From: Planctomycetota bacterium
GTDB lineage: Bacteria > Planctomycetota > JAJSAM01 > JAJVHW01
Direction: 5' to 3'
NCBI GenBank assembly: GCA_965248445.1
Contig: CBDFJG010000003.1
Span: 1,280,001-1,344,000, forward strand
Length of the DNA: 64,000 nucleotides
The position numbers and the translations under genes were made by a program. How positions within the stretch are numbered: position 1 is the first letter of the stretch; each line of letters opens with the position of its first letter. Positions 20,515 through 30,690 of the stretch are shown piece by piece. The notes beneath the pieces are model-generated. The model saw nothing but the letters and a program-made list of their open reading frames with translations, was not told where the DNA came from and ran no database searches.

Positions 20515-20577
20515 GGCTGCTGTCGTTCGGCGGGTGATACTCTTCCGTCGCGGCGGCCCCTGGCCGCCCTCTCCGTC

Positions 20578-23500
20578 ATGAGGAACCGCGCCCGAGTTGC
20601 CCTGACGTTCGTCGCAGTCGCCACGCTGGCCTCGTCGGCCTGGCTGACGGTCACGCGTGACAGCGCCGTGCTCGCGCGCGTGCGCGACCTGCTGGCCCGC
20701 AACGTGACGGCGCCGTGCACCATCGAGAGCGCGGAGTTTTCCTTCCTCGGCGGGCTCGTGGTTCGCGGAGTCACGGTCCACGACCCGGGCGACCCGCTCG
20801 GCCCACCCCTGGCGCGAGTCGCCGAGGCTCGTCTCGACTACTCGCTCGACCTGTTCGGTGCGGGCCCCCACATCACCGACCTCTACATGCGCCGGCCGGA
20901 GCTCCGCGTCGTCGCGCGCCCGGACGGCTCGTTCGACGCGCTCGACATCTTGCGGCCGCCGGCAGATGCCCCCGAGCCGGAAGTGCCTCCCAAGTTGCCG
21001 GCGCTCGTGGTCGACGGCGGCGTCGTCGAGTTCGGCCACCCGGACGTGCTCGCGCCGGGCCGCACGGTTCGCGCGACCGGGCTCGTCATGCGGGCGCAGA
21101 TGATCGAGGGCTGGGCGATGCACATCCGTGCGCACGGCACGGTCGAAGGGGTCGGCCAGGTCCAGGTCGACGTGCGAGCGGACCGCGAGGCGGAGAGCGC
21201 AATAGCCGACGTGACCCTCACCGACGTCGTGCTGAACGACGAAGTCGTCGACATGCTGCCCGAGATCGTCACGCGGACGCTGCGGCCGATCGCCCCCCGC
21301 GCACGCGTGAAGGGCGCGCTCTCGCTGAAGGCCGAGCAGGGTCGGGTGACGCACTTCAGCGGGGCGCTGGACGTCGAGGACGCCGCCGCGCTCGTGGGCC
21401 TGCAGGACGCTGACGGTCTTCCGACGCCGGAGCCGCTGCAACTGAGCCAAGGCGCAGGGCGGGTCGAGTTCCGTGAGGGAGCGATCTTCCTGCGGGACGT
21501 CAGCGCACGCGTGCTCGGCTCGCCGATCCGAATCGCCGGGTCGTTGCCGGTCCAGCTTCCGGGCGACGCAACGGCCGGCGATCGTGACAGGCAGGTAGAC
21601 GTGCAGGTGCATCTGGACCACGTGGCAATCGGTCCGGACTTGGATGCGCATCTGCCCCAGCACCTGCGTGTGATCCGATCGTCGTACGACCTCTCCGGCG
21701 GCGCCGAGATCGCGATCGCCCTGCGGGGACAGGCGCCGTTCCCGCGCGTGGATGCCACCATCACGGTGCGCGACACGTCTGCCTCGTACGTCGGCCAGGT
21801 GCTTCCCAGCGGTGAGCAGGTCGGATTCCCGTGGCGGGTGGACGGACTCGACGGACGCATCCAGGTGGTCGGCCCACGCGTGGACATCGACGTCCGCGGA
21901 CGGCACGGCGAGGCACCCGTGAGCGTGCGCGGCACGACGGATCTCACTCTGGGCAACCTGCCCGTGACCGACGTGCTGATCTCCGCGGAAGACGTACCGC
22001 TCGACGCTGATCTGCGCGCCGGATTCCGGGAACGTGCGGACGCGATCTGGGGCCGGTGGTCACCGTCCGGTGTCGCGAAGGCCGTAACGGTGCGCGTGGC
22101 GCAGGGTCACTCGCTGCCGCCGCGGGCCACCGCGACGGACGTGCGAATCGAGCTCGACGGTCGCGCGGCGTTCCGGCCGGAAGTGCTTCCCGCGCCGCTG
22201 TCCGGCGCGCGGGGACAGGTTCAGGTGTTCGAGGCGCCGGGACTGTCGCGGATCTGGATCGACGGGTTCACCGCGCGCGGTGACGCGTTCGACATCAGCG
22301 CGAGCGGAAGCGTGGTGACGCGGCGGGGGCAGGCGGAAGAGACCCTGGTTGTCACGATCGACGCGAGCGCGGCGGAGCGGAGCGCCATTCCCGCGTTGCA
22401 CGCATCTGCCAGCATCGGCGAGGGCGTCAAGCGGGCGCTCCGGCTCCTCGACCCTCGCGGATCGTTACGCGCGGTAGTGCGTCGTACTGGTGACCCGAGA
22501 GGGCAGCCCGTCGATGTGGATGTGGAATTGCGTGGCGCCGCCGTGTCCGGCTGGGAAGGCGTCCCCCTCGCTGCAAGCGGTCTCGTCGGGCACCTCCAGG
22601 TCAGCGACGACTCCATCAGCACCGACGGACTGACCGGCTCGGTGCTTGGAAGCACGCGGTTCAACGCGATCGGACGGCTCGACGGGCTCCGCGCAGGCCG
22701 CATCCGTCCCCACGTCACCGTCCGTGCCGACGAGCTCCCTCTCGGAAACGAACTTCGCACCGCGCTCGGGACCCTCGCGAACCCTGCCGCTGCATTCTGG
22801 GAGACGTTGGCGCCCGCACCGGACACCAGCGCCGACGCGCTGGTCGTCATTCGCCCGGATGGTGATCCCGCGGGACCGGTCGATGTGGATCTCGACGAAT
22901 TCAGCGGTCCGGCCCGCGTCCTCGGATTCGATCTTCTCGTGGACCGGGGCTCGCTGCGATATCGCAAGAGCGGCGTGGTCGCAGTACTGCGCGGACGCCT
23001 GGGTCGCGGCGCGATCGACGTGTCATCGGCCCACGTCGATCCGGAAACGGGTGTGGTCACCCTGTCGCTCAGCGCTCGGGCTCTCTCGTTCCCCCGTGAT
23101 CTATCTCCACTGCTCTCTCCGTCGGCGATCGAGTCGATCGCTGCTGCGCTTCCCGGCCGCGTCCTGCACGTCCCCGACGCGGAGATCTCGTATGACCCGC
23201 GCGCGCGGAAGATGACGATCGCGGGGCGCGTGTCGCTGCGTCCGGTCGACCGCAACGCGCACGATCAGCAACTCGACGCAGAGGGCGACCTGCAGATCGG
23301 CACGGCCACCATCTGGCTCCCGGAGGGAGAGCCGGCGACGTTCCAGCTCACCGGCGTGCTGGACGATGCGCGGTTCCACGCGGGCACGCGGCTGAAGATC
23401 GATGCGGCCGAGGTCTCGGCAAGCGGGGCGTTTCCGCCGGAAGGGGCCGTCATCGACGCGAAGATCCGCGAAGCCGATATTACGGCGCTGGACCACATGA

Positions 23501-24252
23501 TCACGAAGACCGCGCTCGACCTCAGCGTGCGTGGGCGGCACGTGCGTCTCCGAGACATCGAGGGCACTCTGCACGGCGGCCGATTCACCGGGCGCGTCGG
23601 GTTCGGGGGGCCGAAGTTCGCATACGCCGGCGAGTTCGAACTGCATGACTCGAAGCTCGTCCCCTTCATCGGTTCCGGTGCCGACGGCCGACGACGCGGC
23701 GTGCTCCACGCGGGAGTGACGTTCAGTAACGAGACCGGCAAGCCGGGCGCACTGCGCGGCAAGGGCCGGGCAGACGTCCGCGACGGACGTCTTGCGCGCG
23801 TCCCGGGGCTCACACCCGTGATCAACGGCATCAACACAGCTCTGCTGGGCGTCACGAAGGTCGAGGGAGAGTTCCACGAAGCCGAGATGAGTTTCGACCT
23901 GCGGGGGCACCGCATCCAGATCCGGGACCTCTACCTCGGCGGTCCCAACCTGCTGGGACTCGGACCGGTGGAGATCCGCGACGGCGAGGGCACGATCAGC
24001 CTCGACGACGGACAACTGGACGTCGCCGTCTATCCGCGGATCCGCTTCGACCCGCTGGGACTGGACCCTCTGGGCATCCTCGACCGCGTGATGAGTGCGT
24101 TCCAGGTCTTCATCGGACGGCTCCGGATCGAGGGATCACTCCGCAATCCGCGCGTCGCGCGCGAGAGGGTGTACGGAGAGCAGGACGAGCAGTTGAAGCC
24201 GCGGCCCCAGCCGTCGGGCGAAACACTGCCGTACGGCCCGCCCCCGTGGTGA
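20578..24252 (+). CDS. AsmA/TamB-like bridge-type lipid transfer family protein
   Basis: 1224 aa; N-terminal TM, long repetitive beta-strand pattern, AsmA-like C-terminus ('GKGRADVRDG...F.E..M.F...G.G.I.LD...I.GSL.NP'). Confidence 0.75.
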   Translation: MRNRARVALTFVAVATLASSAWLTVTRDSAVLARVRDLLARNVTAPCTIESAEFSFLGGLVVRGVTVHDPGDPLGPPLARVAEARLDYSLDLFGAGPHITDLYMRRPELRVVARPDGSFDALDILRPPADAPEPEVPPKLPALVVDGGVVEFGHPDVLAPGRTVRATGLVMRAQMIEGWAMHIRAHGTVEGVGQVQVDVRADREAESAIADVTLTDVVLNDEVVDMLPEIVTRTLRPIAPRARVKGALSLKAEQGRVTHFSGALDVEDAAALVGLQDADGLPTPEPLQLSQGAGRVEFREGAIFLRDVSARVLGSPIRIAGSLPVQLPGDATAGDRDRQVDVQVHLDHVAIGPDLDAHLPQHLRVIRSSYDLSGGAEIAIALRGQAPFPRVDATITVRDTSASYVGQVLPSGEQVGFPWRVDGLDGRIQVVGPRVDIDVRGRHGEAPVSVRGTTDLTLGNLPVTDVLISAEDVPLDADLRAGFRERADAIWGRWSPSGVAKAVTVRVAQGHSLPPRATATDVRIELDGRAAFRPEVLPAPLSGARGQVQVFEAPGLSRIWIDGFTARGDAFDISASGSVVTRRGQAEETLVVTIDASAAERSAIPALHASASIGEGVKRALRLLDPRGSLRAVVRRTGDPRGQPVDVDVELRGAAVSGWEGVPLAASGLVGHLQVSDDSISTDGLTGSVLGSTRFNAIGRLDGLRAGRIRPHVTVRADELPLGNELRTALGTLANPAAAFWETLAPAPDTSADALVVIRPDGDPAGPVDVDLDEFSGPARVLGFDLLVDRGSLRYRKSGVVAVLRGRLGRGAIDVSSAHVDPETGVVTLSLSARALSFPRDLSPLLSPSAIESIAAALPGRVLHVPDAEISYDPRARKMTIAGRVSLRPVDRNAHDQQLDAEGDLQIGTATIWLPEGEPATFQLTGVLDDARFHAGTRLKIDAAEVSASGAFPPEGAVIDAKIREADITALDHMITKTALDLSVRGRHVRLRDIEGTLHGGRFTGRVGFGGPKFAYAGEFELHDSKLVPFIGSGADGRRRGVLHAGVTFSNETGKPGALRGKGRADVRDGRLARVPGLTPVINGINTALLGVTKVEGEFHEAEMSFDLRGHRIQIRDLYLGGPNLLGLGPVEIRDGEGTISLDDGQLDVAVYPRIRFDPLGLDPLGILDRVMSAFQVFIGRLRIEGSLRNPRVARERVYGEQDEQLKPRPQPSGETLPYGPPPW

Positions 24253-24316
24253 TCCAGCAATCGGCCCGGCGATAACTACGGGCCGCCCGGCGCCTCGCTC
24301 CTCCTATCATCCCCAC

Positions 24317-25396
24317 GTGACCACGTACGTCGCGATCCTCGCCGGCGGCTCGGGCACGCGCTTCTGGCCCGCCAGCACGCGCGACCTCCCGAAGCAGATG
24401 CTCCCCCTCACTGGCGGAGCGCCCTTGCTGCGCGAGACCGTCGATCGCCTGGCCGGGTTCGCGCCCCCCGAGCGCATCTTGGTCGTGACGGGCGCACGGC
24501 ACACCGAGTCCGTGCGGCGGCTGCTGCCCGAACTCGTGCCGGACGCGGTCCTTTCCGAGCCGCGTGCTCGGAACACATCCGCCGCGTGCGCGCTCGCCGC
24601 GCACCGCGCGCTGCGCGACGACGCGGATGCCACCGTCGTGACGCTCTCCGCGGACCACGTGATCTCGCCGGCCTCCGAGTTTCGCGACGCGCTGGCCGCG
24701 GCCGCCGCGCGAGCTGACGCCGCGGGCACCCTGATCACGCTCGGCCTGACCCCGACGTTCCCCGCCACCGGACTCGGTTGGATCGAGAAAGGCCCGGCGG
24801 CCGCGGAGGTGCTCGGGCACGCTGTCCACGCGATAGCGAGTTTCGTCGAGAAGCCCGACCGCGCGCGCGCGGAGGTGTTCCTGGCGCAAGGGCTGCACCT
24901 CTGGAACCTCGGCATGTTCGCGTGGCGCGCCGACGTCTTCCTCGCGGAACTCGCGGCGCACGCCCCGGGAGTCGCCGAGCCACTCGCGAGCATCAGCGCC
25001 GCGCTCGGTACCGACGACGAGGGAGCGGCGCTGGCGACCGCCTTCGACGCGTGCGAGTCGATCTCCGTGGACTACGGAGTCCTCGAGCGCAGCGATCGCG
25101 TCGAGTGCGTGCCGTGCTCGTTCTCGTGGGACGACCTGGGCAGCTTCGAGGCGATCGCTCGCCACGTGTCGGCGAGCGACGACGGGCATCACTCGATCGG
25201 CGAGATCGTGTCGATCGACGCGGAGAACTGCGTCAGCTGGTGCGAGGACGGCGGGCTCGTGGCGCTCCTCGGCGTGAAGGACCTGATCGTCGTGAACGCG
25301 AACGGCGTCACGCTCGTGGCTCCCCGCTGGCGATCCGAGGAAGTGAAGAAGATGGTCGCGCGACTCGAGGCGGAGGGGCGGGAGGCGTTCCTGTGA
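24317..25396 (+). CDS. manC: mannose-1-phosphate guanylyltransferase
   Basis: 'ILAGGSGTRFWPAS...PKQ', 'EP.ARNT', 'FVEKP', 'SVDYGVLE', 'WDDLGS'. Confidence 0.92.
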   Translation: MTTYVAILAGGSGTRFWPASTRDLPKQMLPLTGGAPLLRETVDRLAGFAPPERILVVTGARHTESVRRLLPELVPDAVLSEPRARNTSAACALAAHRALRDDADATVVTLSADHVISPASEFRDALAAAAARADAAGTLITLGLTPTFPATGLGWIEKGPAAAEVLGHAVHAIASFVEKPDRARAEVFLAQGLHLWNLGMFAWRADVFLAELAAHAPGVAEPLASISAALGTDDEGAALATAFDACESISVDYGVLERSDRVECVPCSFSWDDLGSFEAIARHVSASDDGHHSIGEIVSIDAENCVSWCEDGGLVALLGVKDLIVVNANGVTLVAPRWRSEEVKKMVARLEAEGREAFL

Positions 25397-25812
25397 CGCC
25401 TCCGGTCGCCGTGGGCGTCGACTACGGCGAGAAGCGCATCGGAATCGCAGCGACGGACGTCCTCGGCATCGCCGCACGGCCCGTCGAGGTCATCCGGCTC
25501 CCGCCCGGTCCCGAGGCCGCCGCGCGCATCGCGGCGATCGCGGCCGACCGGGAAGCAGAGATCCTGGTCGTCGGCATGCCGTTCAACATGGACGGCAGCG
25601 AGCACGCATCGAGCAAGCGTGTGCGTCGCTTTGCCGACCTCTGCGCGGAAGCGTCGGGACTGCCGGTCGAGTTCGCCGACGAGCGATTGACCACGCACGA
25701 GGCCGAGCGGCACCTGGCGTCAAGGGGGATCGGGTGGCGCGAGGGCAAGCAGACCGTGGACATGATCGCTGCGGCCGTGCTCCTCCAGGACTGGCTCGAC
25801 GCGCAAGGCTGA
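25393..25812 (+). CDS. ruvX: RuvX/YqgF family nuclease
   Basis: 'GVDYGEKRIGIA', 'VVGMP', 'DERLTT', 'VDMIAAAVLLQDWL'; GTGA overlap with manC. Confidence 0.92.
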   Translation: MTPPVAVGVDYGEKRIGIAATDVLGIAARPVEVIRLPPGPEAAARIAAIAADREAEILVVGMPFNMDGSEHASSKRVRRFADLCAEASGLPVEFADERLTTHEAERHLASRGIGWREGKQTVDMIAAAVLLQDWLDAQG

Positions 25813-25813
25813 G

Positions 25814-26034
25814 CGCTTCCCGTTTTGGACCTCGCCGAGGATTGAGCCCGAGCGATTGAGTGCCGGGGGCCGCCCGGCCGATGAGGGGGTGGAAGACACG
25901 CGGCCCGCGAGCCTGGCTCGCACGGACCCGAATAACGGGAAGCGGCCACGACAGGGGACCTACGATCCCCCGCTTGGGACCAGGTCCCAGCCGCAGGTGA
26001 CCCCTGCAAAGAGGCGGACCCCGGAGGCGGCCTC
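25814..26034 (+). other. highly structured intergenic segment (candidate ncRNA or long 5' leader)
   Basis: 11-bp perfect long-range pair CGCTTCCCGTT (25814-24)/AACGGGAAGCG (25934-44) enclosing several hairpins, followed by four consecutive short hairpins. Confidence 0.35.
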
Positions 26035-26093
26035 AGGCCATACAGAAGCGGACTCAGAACGAGTCCGGACCCGGCGCGTGCCGGGAGGCCTGA
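26033..26093 (+). promoter_or_regulatory. candidate S15-binding autoregulatory leader (three-way junction)
   Basis: TCAGGCC/GGCCTGA closing stem with inner hairpins CGGACTC/GAGTCCG and CCCGGC/GCCGGG, ending 35 nt before the rpsO start. Confidence 0.45.
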
Positions 26094-26128
26094 CCAGCTG
26101 CGCCGAGGGCGACTGACGGTAGGTAGGA

Positions 26129-26404
26129 ATGTCGATCACGAAGGACGAGAAGGACACTCTCATCGGAGAGTACGGTCGAAGCGACGGAGACACCGGGTCG
26201 ACCGACGTGCAGGTGGCGCTTCTCACGACGCGCATCCGGAGCCTCACGGAGCACCTCAAGACGCACAAGAAGGACCACGCCTCTCGCCGCGGGCTGCTCA
26301 AGCTCGTCGGCCGCCGGGCGGCGCTCCTCAAGTACGTGGCGCGCACGGATCGCGCGAGCTACCTCGCACTTGTGGGGCGGTTGGGCATCAGGTTGAAGCA
26401 CTAG
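26129..26404 (+). CDS. rpsO: 30S ribosomal protein S15
   Basis: '[39 protein letters not shown]'. Confidence 0.98.
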   Translation: MSITKDEKDTLIGEYGRSDGDTGSTDVQVALLTTRIRSLTEHLKTHKKDHASRRGLLKLVGRRAALLKYVARTDRASYLALVGRLGIRLKH

Positions 26405-26428
26405 GCCGGAGGCCTAGCACTTCAACGA

Positions 26429-26492
26429 TCTGCCAGCCGTCTTTTGGCGTCAACAGCTCACGCTGTTGACGCGATTGCAGCGAGGCGGCAGA
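26429..26492 (+). promoter_or_regulatory. long stem-loop in the pnp leader (possible RNase III site)
   Basis: Perfect 11-bp stem GCGTCAACAGC/GCTGTTGACGC (26447-26472) extended by TCTGCC/GGCAGA. Confidence 0.4.
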
Positions 26493-26704
26493 GCGTGCGC
26501 ACGGTTGCCTGGCCGACTCGGCAGGTGACGCGTCTTCATCGCGCGTGACGGACATCGTCACGGCGCGGGCTGTCTCCTCCCCCACACACAACTGAACTTG
26601 CGTGTCCGAATGATCGGGCGCGCCACACCACGCGGCGCAAGAGAGCGCCGCATCTGCCCGGGCGCTGGAGGGTTGCCTCCGCCGGGCGAGACGAAGGAGT
26701 AGGA

Positions 26705-29017
26705 ATGTCTCACGAAGTGAGCGTGCCCATCGGGGCACATGACATGAGTTTCGAGATCGGGAAGCTGGCACGCATGGCGGCCGGTTCCTGCCTCATCAGG
26801 TACGGCGACGCAGTTGTCCTGGCCGGGCTGTCACACGGCACGCCCCGCGCGGGCCTCAACTTCCTGCCGCTGACGATGGACTACCGCGAGAAGATGTACG
26901 CGGGCGGTCGCGTTCCCGGCGGGTTCTTCAAGCGTGAGGGCCGCCCCTCCGAGAAGGAAGTCCTCACGATGAGGATGATGGACCGCCCGATGCGGCCCCT
27001 CTTCCCGGACGGCGTCGGACGCGACATCCAGGTCCAGGCCTGGGTCCTGTCGAGCGACTGCGAGATCGACTGCGACGTCCTGGCGATCAACGCCGGTTCG
27101 TGCGCGGTCGTCACGAGCGATCTGGCCTTCAACGGCCCGGTCGGCGCAGTGCGCATGGGCCGCGTGGACGGCCAGTGGATCGTCAACCCGACCAACACCG
27201 AGCGCACGGAGTCCGACCTGGACCTCGTCGTCGTCGGCACGGTCAAGGCGATCACGATGGTCGAGGGCTCCGCGAAGGAGGTCCCCGAGGCCGAGATGGT
27301 CACGGCGCTCGAGCTGGCGCACGTCGAGGTCATCAAGATCTGCGAGGCGCAGCTGCAACTCGCCAAGGAGGGCGGCAAGCCGAAGCGCGCGTTCGATGCT
27401 CCAGTCGTCGACAGCGACCTGATCGCCGGCATCCGCAAGGACTCCACGAAGTCCCTCGAGGAAGCCCACCGGCGCGACGGCACCAAGCTCGAGCGCAAGG
27501 CGCACCTCAAGGCCGCGGTCAACGAGGTCGTCGAGAAGCTCGTGCCCGAGGACGCGAACGGTGAGCGCGACAAGGAACGCGTGTCGTTCGTCTACCGCCA
27601 CGTCGTCGACGTGAGCATGGAGATCTTCCGGCGCATCTGCCTGTCCGGCAACCGTTACGACGGACGCAGCCCCACCGACGTGCGCGACCTCGCGTGCGAG
27701 GTGAGCTTCCTCCCGCGCACGCACGGTTCGGCGCTGTTCCAGCGCGGCGAGACGCAGATGATGTCGACCGTCACGCTCGGTACGAAGCGTGAGGAGCAGC
27801 TCATCGAAGGGCTGCACGAGACCTACTACCGCAAGTTCATGCTGCACTACAACTTCCCGAACTTCTGCGTCGGCGACACCAGGCCGATCCGCGGAACGTC
27901 CCGCCGCGAGGTGGGTCACGGAAAGCTCGGCGAGCGCGCGATTCAGGCCGTGCTGCCGGATCACGAGTCGTTCCCCTACACGATCCGCATCGTGTCCGAG
28001 ACGTTCGAGTCGAACGGCTCGTCGTCGATGGGTAGCGTCTGCGCCGGCACGCTGGCGCTGATGGACGCGGGTGTCCCGATCAGTCAGCCGGTGGCGGGCA
28101 TCGCCATGGGCCTGATCATGGGCACGGACGGCAATGAGGTCATCATGACCGACATCGCCGGCAACGAGGACTCGTGGGGCGACATGGACTTCAAGGTGGC
28201 CGGCACGCAGCGCGGCATCACCGCGCTGCAGATGGACATCAAGATCGACGGCGTCTCGAGCGAGCTCATGCAGCGCGCTCTGGACCAGGCGAAGGACGCG
28301 CGCGTCCACATCCTGAAGAGCATGCTCACGGCCCTGCGCCGGCCGCGCGAGGAGCTCAACCCGTTCGCGCCGCGCCTCGAGAAAATCATGATCGACAAGG
28401 AGAAGATCGGCGCGGTCATCGGGCCCGGCGGCAAGGTCATCCGCGGACTGCAGGAGCAGTTCGAGGTCACCATCAACGTCGAGGACGACGGTGGTGTGAC
28501 GATCTACTCCGCCATCGGCGCGAACATCGAAGCGGCCAAGGAGACGATCCTGGCCATGACGAAGGAGATCCAGATCGGCGACGTCTTCGAGGGCAAGGTG
28601 ATCTCCATCAAGGAGTTCGGCGCGTTCCTCGAGATCGGACCCGGTCGCGAGGCCCTCTGCCACGTCAGTGAGCTGGACGACGGTTACGTCGAGCGGCCCG
28701 AGGACGTGGTCAACATGGGCGACGTCATCAAGGTGCGCTGCATCAACGTCGACCCGTCGGGCAAGGTGAAGGTGTCGCGCAAGGCCATCATCCGTGAGGA
28801 GAAGGGCCTGCCCCCCGCCGAGTCGAGCGGCTTCGGTGGACGTGGTGGTGGTCGTGATCGCGGCCCGCGCCGTGACGGTGGAGGCCGCGGACGCGGCGGA
28901 GACCGGGGCGGACGCGGTGGAGATCGCGGCGGACGCGGCGGTCCTCCCCGAGGGGGAGATCGTGGCGGAAGCGGTGGCGGCGACCGTCGCCCGCGCCGCA
29001 GCAGCAGCCGCGACTAG
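26705..29017 (+). CDS. pnp: polyribonucleotide nucleotidyltransferase (PNPase) with Gly/Arg-rich tail
   Basis: 'PGGFFKREG', 'HGSALFQRGETQ', 'ESNGSSSM', 'GDMDFKVAGT', KH and S1 domains; AAGGAG RBS. Confidence 0.98.
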   Translation: MSHEVSVPIGAHDMSFEIGKLARMAAGSCLIRYGDAVVLAGLSHGTPRAGLNFLPLTMDYREKMYAGGRVPGGFFKREGRPSEKEVLTMRMMDRPMRPLFPDGVGRDIQVQAWVLSSDCEIDCDVLAINAGSCAVVTSDLAFNGPVGAVRMGRVDGQWIVNPTNTERTESDLDLVVVGTVKAITMVEGSAKEVPEAEMVTALELAHVEVIKICEAQLQLAKEGGKPKRAFDAPVVDSDLIAGIRKDSTKSLEEAHRRDGTKLERKAHLKAAVNEVVEKLVPEDANGERDKERVSFVYRHVVDVSMEIFRRICLSGNRYDGRSPTDVRDLACEVSFLPRTHGSALFQRGETQMMSTVTLGTKREEQLIEGLHETYYRKFMLHYNFPNFCVGDTRPIRGTSRREVGHGKLGERAIQAVLPDHESFPYTIRIVSETFESNGSSSMGSVCAGTLALMDAGVPISQPVAGIAMGLIMGTDGNEVIMTDIAGNEDSWGDMDFKVAGTQRGITALQMDIKIDGVSSELMQRALDQAKDARVHILKSMLTALRRPREELNPFAPRLEKIMIDKEKIGAVIGPGGKVIRGLQEQFEVTINVEDDGGVTIYSAIGANIEAAKETILAMTKEIQIGDVFEGKVISIKEFGAFLEIGPGREALCHVSELDDGYVERPEDVVNMGDVIKVRCINVDPSGKVKVSRKAIIREEKGLPPAESSGFGGRGGGRDRGPRRDGGGRGRGGDRGGRGGDRGGRGGPPRGGDRGGSGGGDRRPRRSSSRD

Positions 29018-29039
29018 TCGCTAGCAAGACCGAAACGGC

Positions 29040-29069
29040 AAGAGCCGGGACCGCGAGGTCCCGGCTCTT
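29040..29069 (+). terminator. intrinsic terminator-like hairpin after pnp (possibly bidirectional)
   Basis: AAGAGCCGGGACC-GCGA-GGTCCCGGCTCTT, a 13-bp stem with a GNRA loop between convergent genes. Confidence 0.75.
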
Positions 29070-29087
29070 CGCATTGCGCCCGTCCCG

Positions 29088-30636
29088 CTACTCCGGGGTG
29101 TGCGCCAACCAGTCCCGTTCGAGGCGATCCATGTCGATGCCTCGGATCGCCTCCTTCAGGGCGGCCTCGTGACATCGCCCGCGTTCGACGGTCTCGGTGC
29201 CTTCAGCGACCGGCGGCGCGGGCTCCTCGCCGGCCAGCGCCCTCTCGACCGCCTTCCGGGCCTCTTCGACGAGCGAACGCAGCGCGTCGAAGTAGCGCGG
29301 CAGAATCTGCGCGTAAGCCTCGTCTTCCGTGGTGCGCAGGAAGTAGACGAAGCTCCATGCGAGCGCGACGGAGACCCCGCCCGGCACGCCCCACGCATTC
29401 CGGCCGAAGTGCTGCTTCCGGTTCCACGTCAGCCACTCGGAGAGTCGCAGCGCCAACGCTCCACCGCTCGGAGCGTCCTCGCGACGCACGATCCCGCCGC
29501 GCCACTTCGTCTTGCACTCCGCGGCGGGCTCCGCGCGAGAACCACGCGTGCGTCGGTGCGCCGCGGAGAACCGCATCCAGGTGTTGCTCGACAGCCAGAC
29601 CCAGGGCCGTACGCACGGCGTCCTTCTTGTCGTTACGGTCTTGGTAGAGAACGAGTTCCTCGGTGTGCCGCGACCAGTACCCGGCCGAGCCGCCCGGGCC
29701 GCCGTACGCCAAGTATTGCTCCCGCGACTCACAGATGCGCACGATCGCGATCGACTCTACGTTGCTTGCCGGCGCGAACGTCGGCACGAGAAGCTGATCG
29801 CTAAGGGCCTCGAGTTGGTTCGCGATCCGATCGACGACCTTCTTCTGGTCGACGTCGTCGTCGTAGACGAGGAGGTACCGCGATGTCCGGCGGGTGCTCC
29901 ATCCGCGGATCACCCTCTCCTTCACGAACTTGGCGATCTTCCGCTCCGCCGGCGTGTCCTGCACGTCGGTGGCGGGCACATCGGCAGCCGGGGCATCGCC
30001 GGACGCGTCGGCCGAAATCAGCGAGAAAGACGCGACCGTCTTCTCGAATCGCGTCCGGAACTCGCGTGCGAACTTGACGTCGACGTACCCGTAGAAGCCG
30101 ACGTCGATCCTGGCCTCGGCGGTCTCCCAACCCGTCCGGGCGACCCACATCCACCAGGTCGCGTTGGTGCCCGCCGGTCGCTTCTCGTGGCGATTCACCT
30201 CGAGAACCTGAACGTCATGCCCTGATTCGGTCCGGAGCACCTTCGGCTCTGTCCCTTCCCACCGTTCAGCGAGCGGAACGTACGGCCCGAAGAGACGCGC
30301 GTTGTCCTTCATCTTCGCGTCGACCTCTCCGGCGAGCGTGTGCTCCGGGTCGGCGGCCGCGTCCTTGCGAGTCACGGTCCAGGTGATCCAGAACGTCGGC
30401 TGGTCGCTTGAGAAGCGCCGGTACTTCGGACCCGCGTCCTTCCACTCACCTGCGATGTGCGGATCGACGCTCCCGGGCTTCGGCGGCACCTGCTCGAAGC
30501 TCTGCTCGATCCGGCACGTGAAGCCGCGAATCTCGTCGCGGTGCGTCTTCTCGCGCGCGACCGCGCTCGTCGACGTGAGCGCGAGCACTACGGCCAGCGC
30601 GAGTACGACCGCAAGACTCCGCACCTTCGTCCGCAT
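29088..30636 (-). pseudogene. secreted DUF1570/peptidase-like gene split by a frameshift near 29525-29535
   Basis: ORF 29203..30636 has a signal peptide and 'GGPGGSAGYWS...ELVLY...HAWFSRG', then drifts into Arg/Gly-rich text; the expected C-terminus ('LSEWLTW...ALAWSFVYFLR...DMDRLERDW') is in ORF 29088..29732. Confidence 0.7.
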
Positions 30637-30690
30637 CTGACACCTCGTCTCCGAAGACGCCCAAGGGTACCTGCACGCTAGTCTGAGCTG

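Noticed and set aside
28880..28990. Short tandem repeats resembling an array
   Set aside because: In-frame GGDRGGR coding repeats in the PNPase tail; no spacers or cas genes, so not CRISPR.
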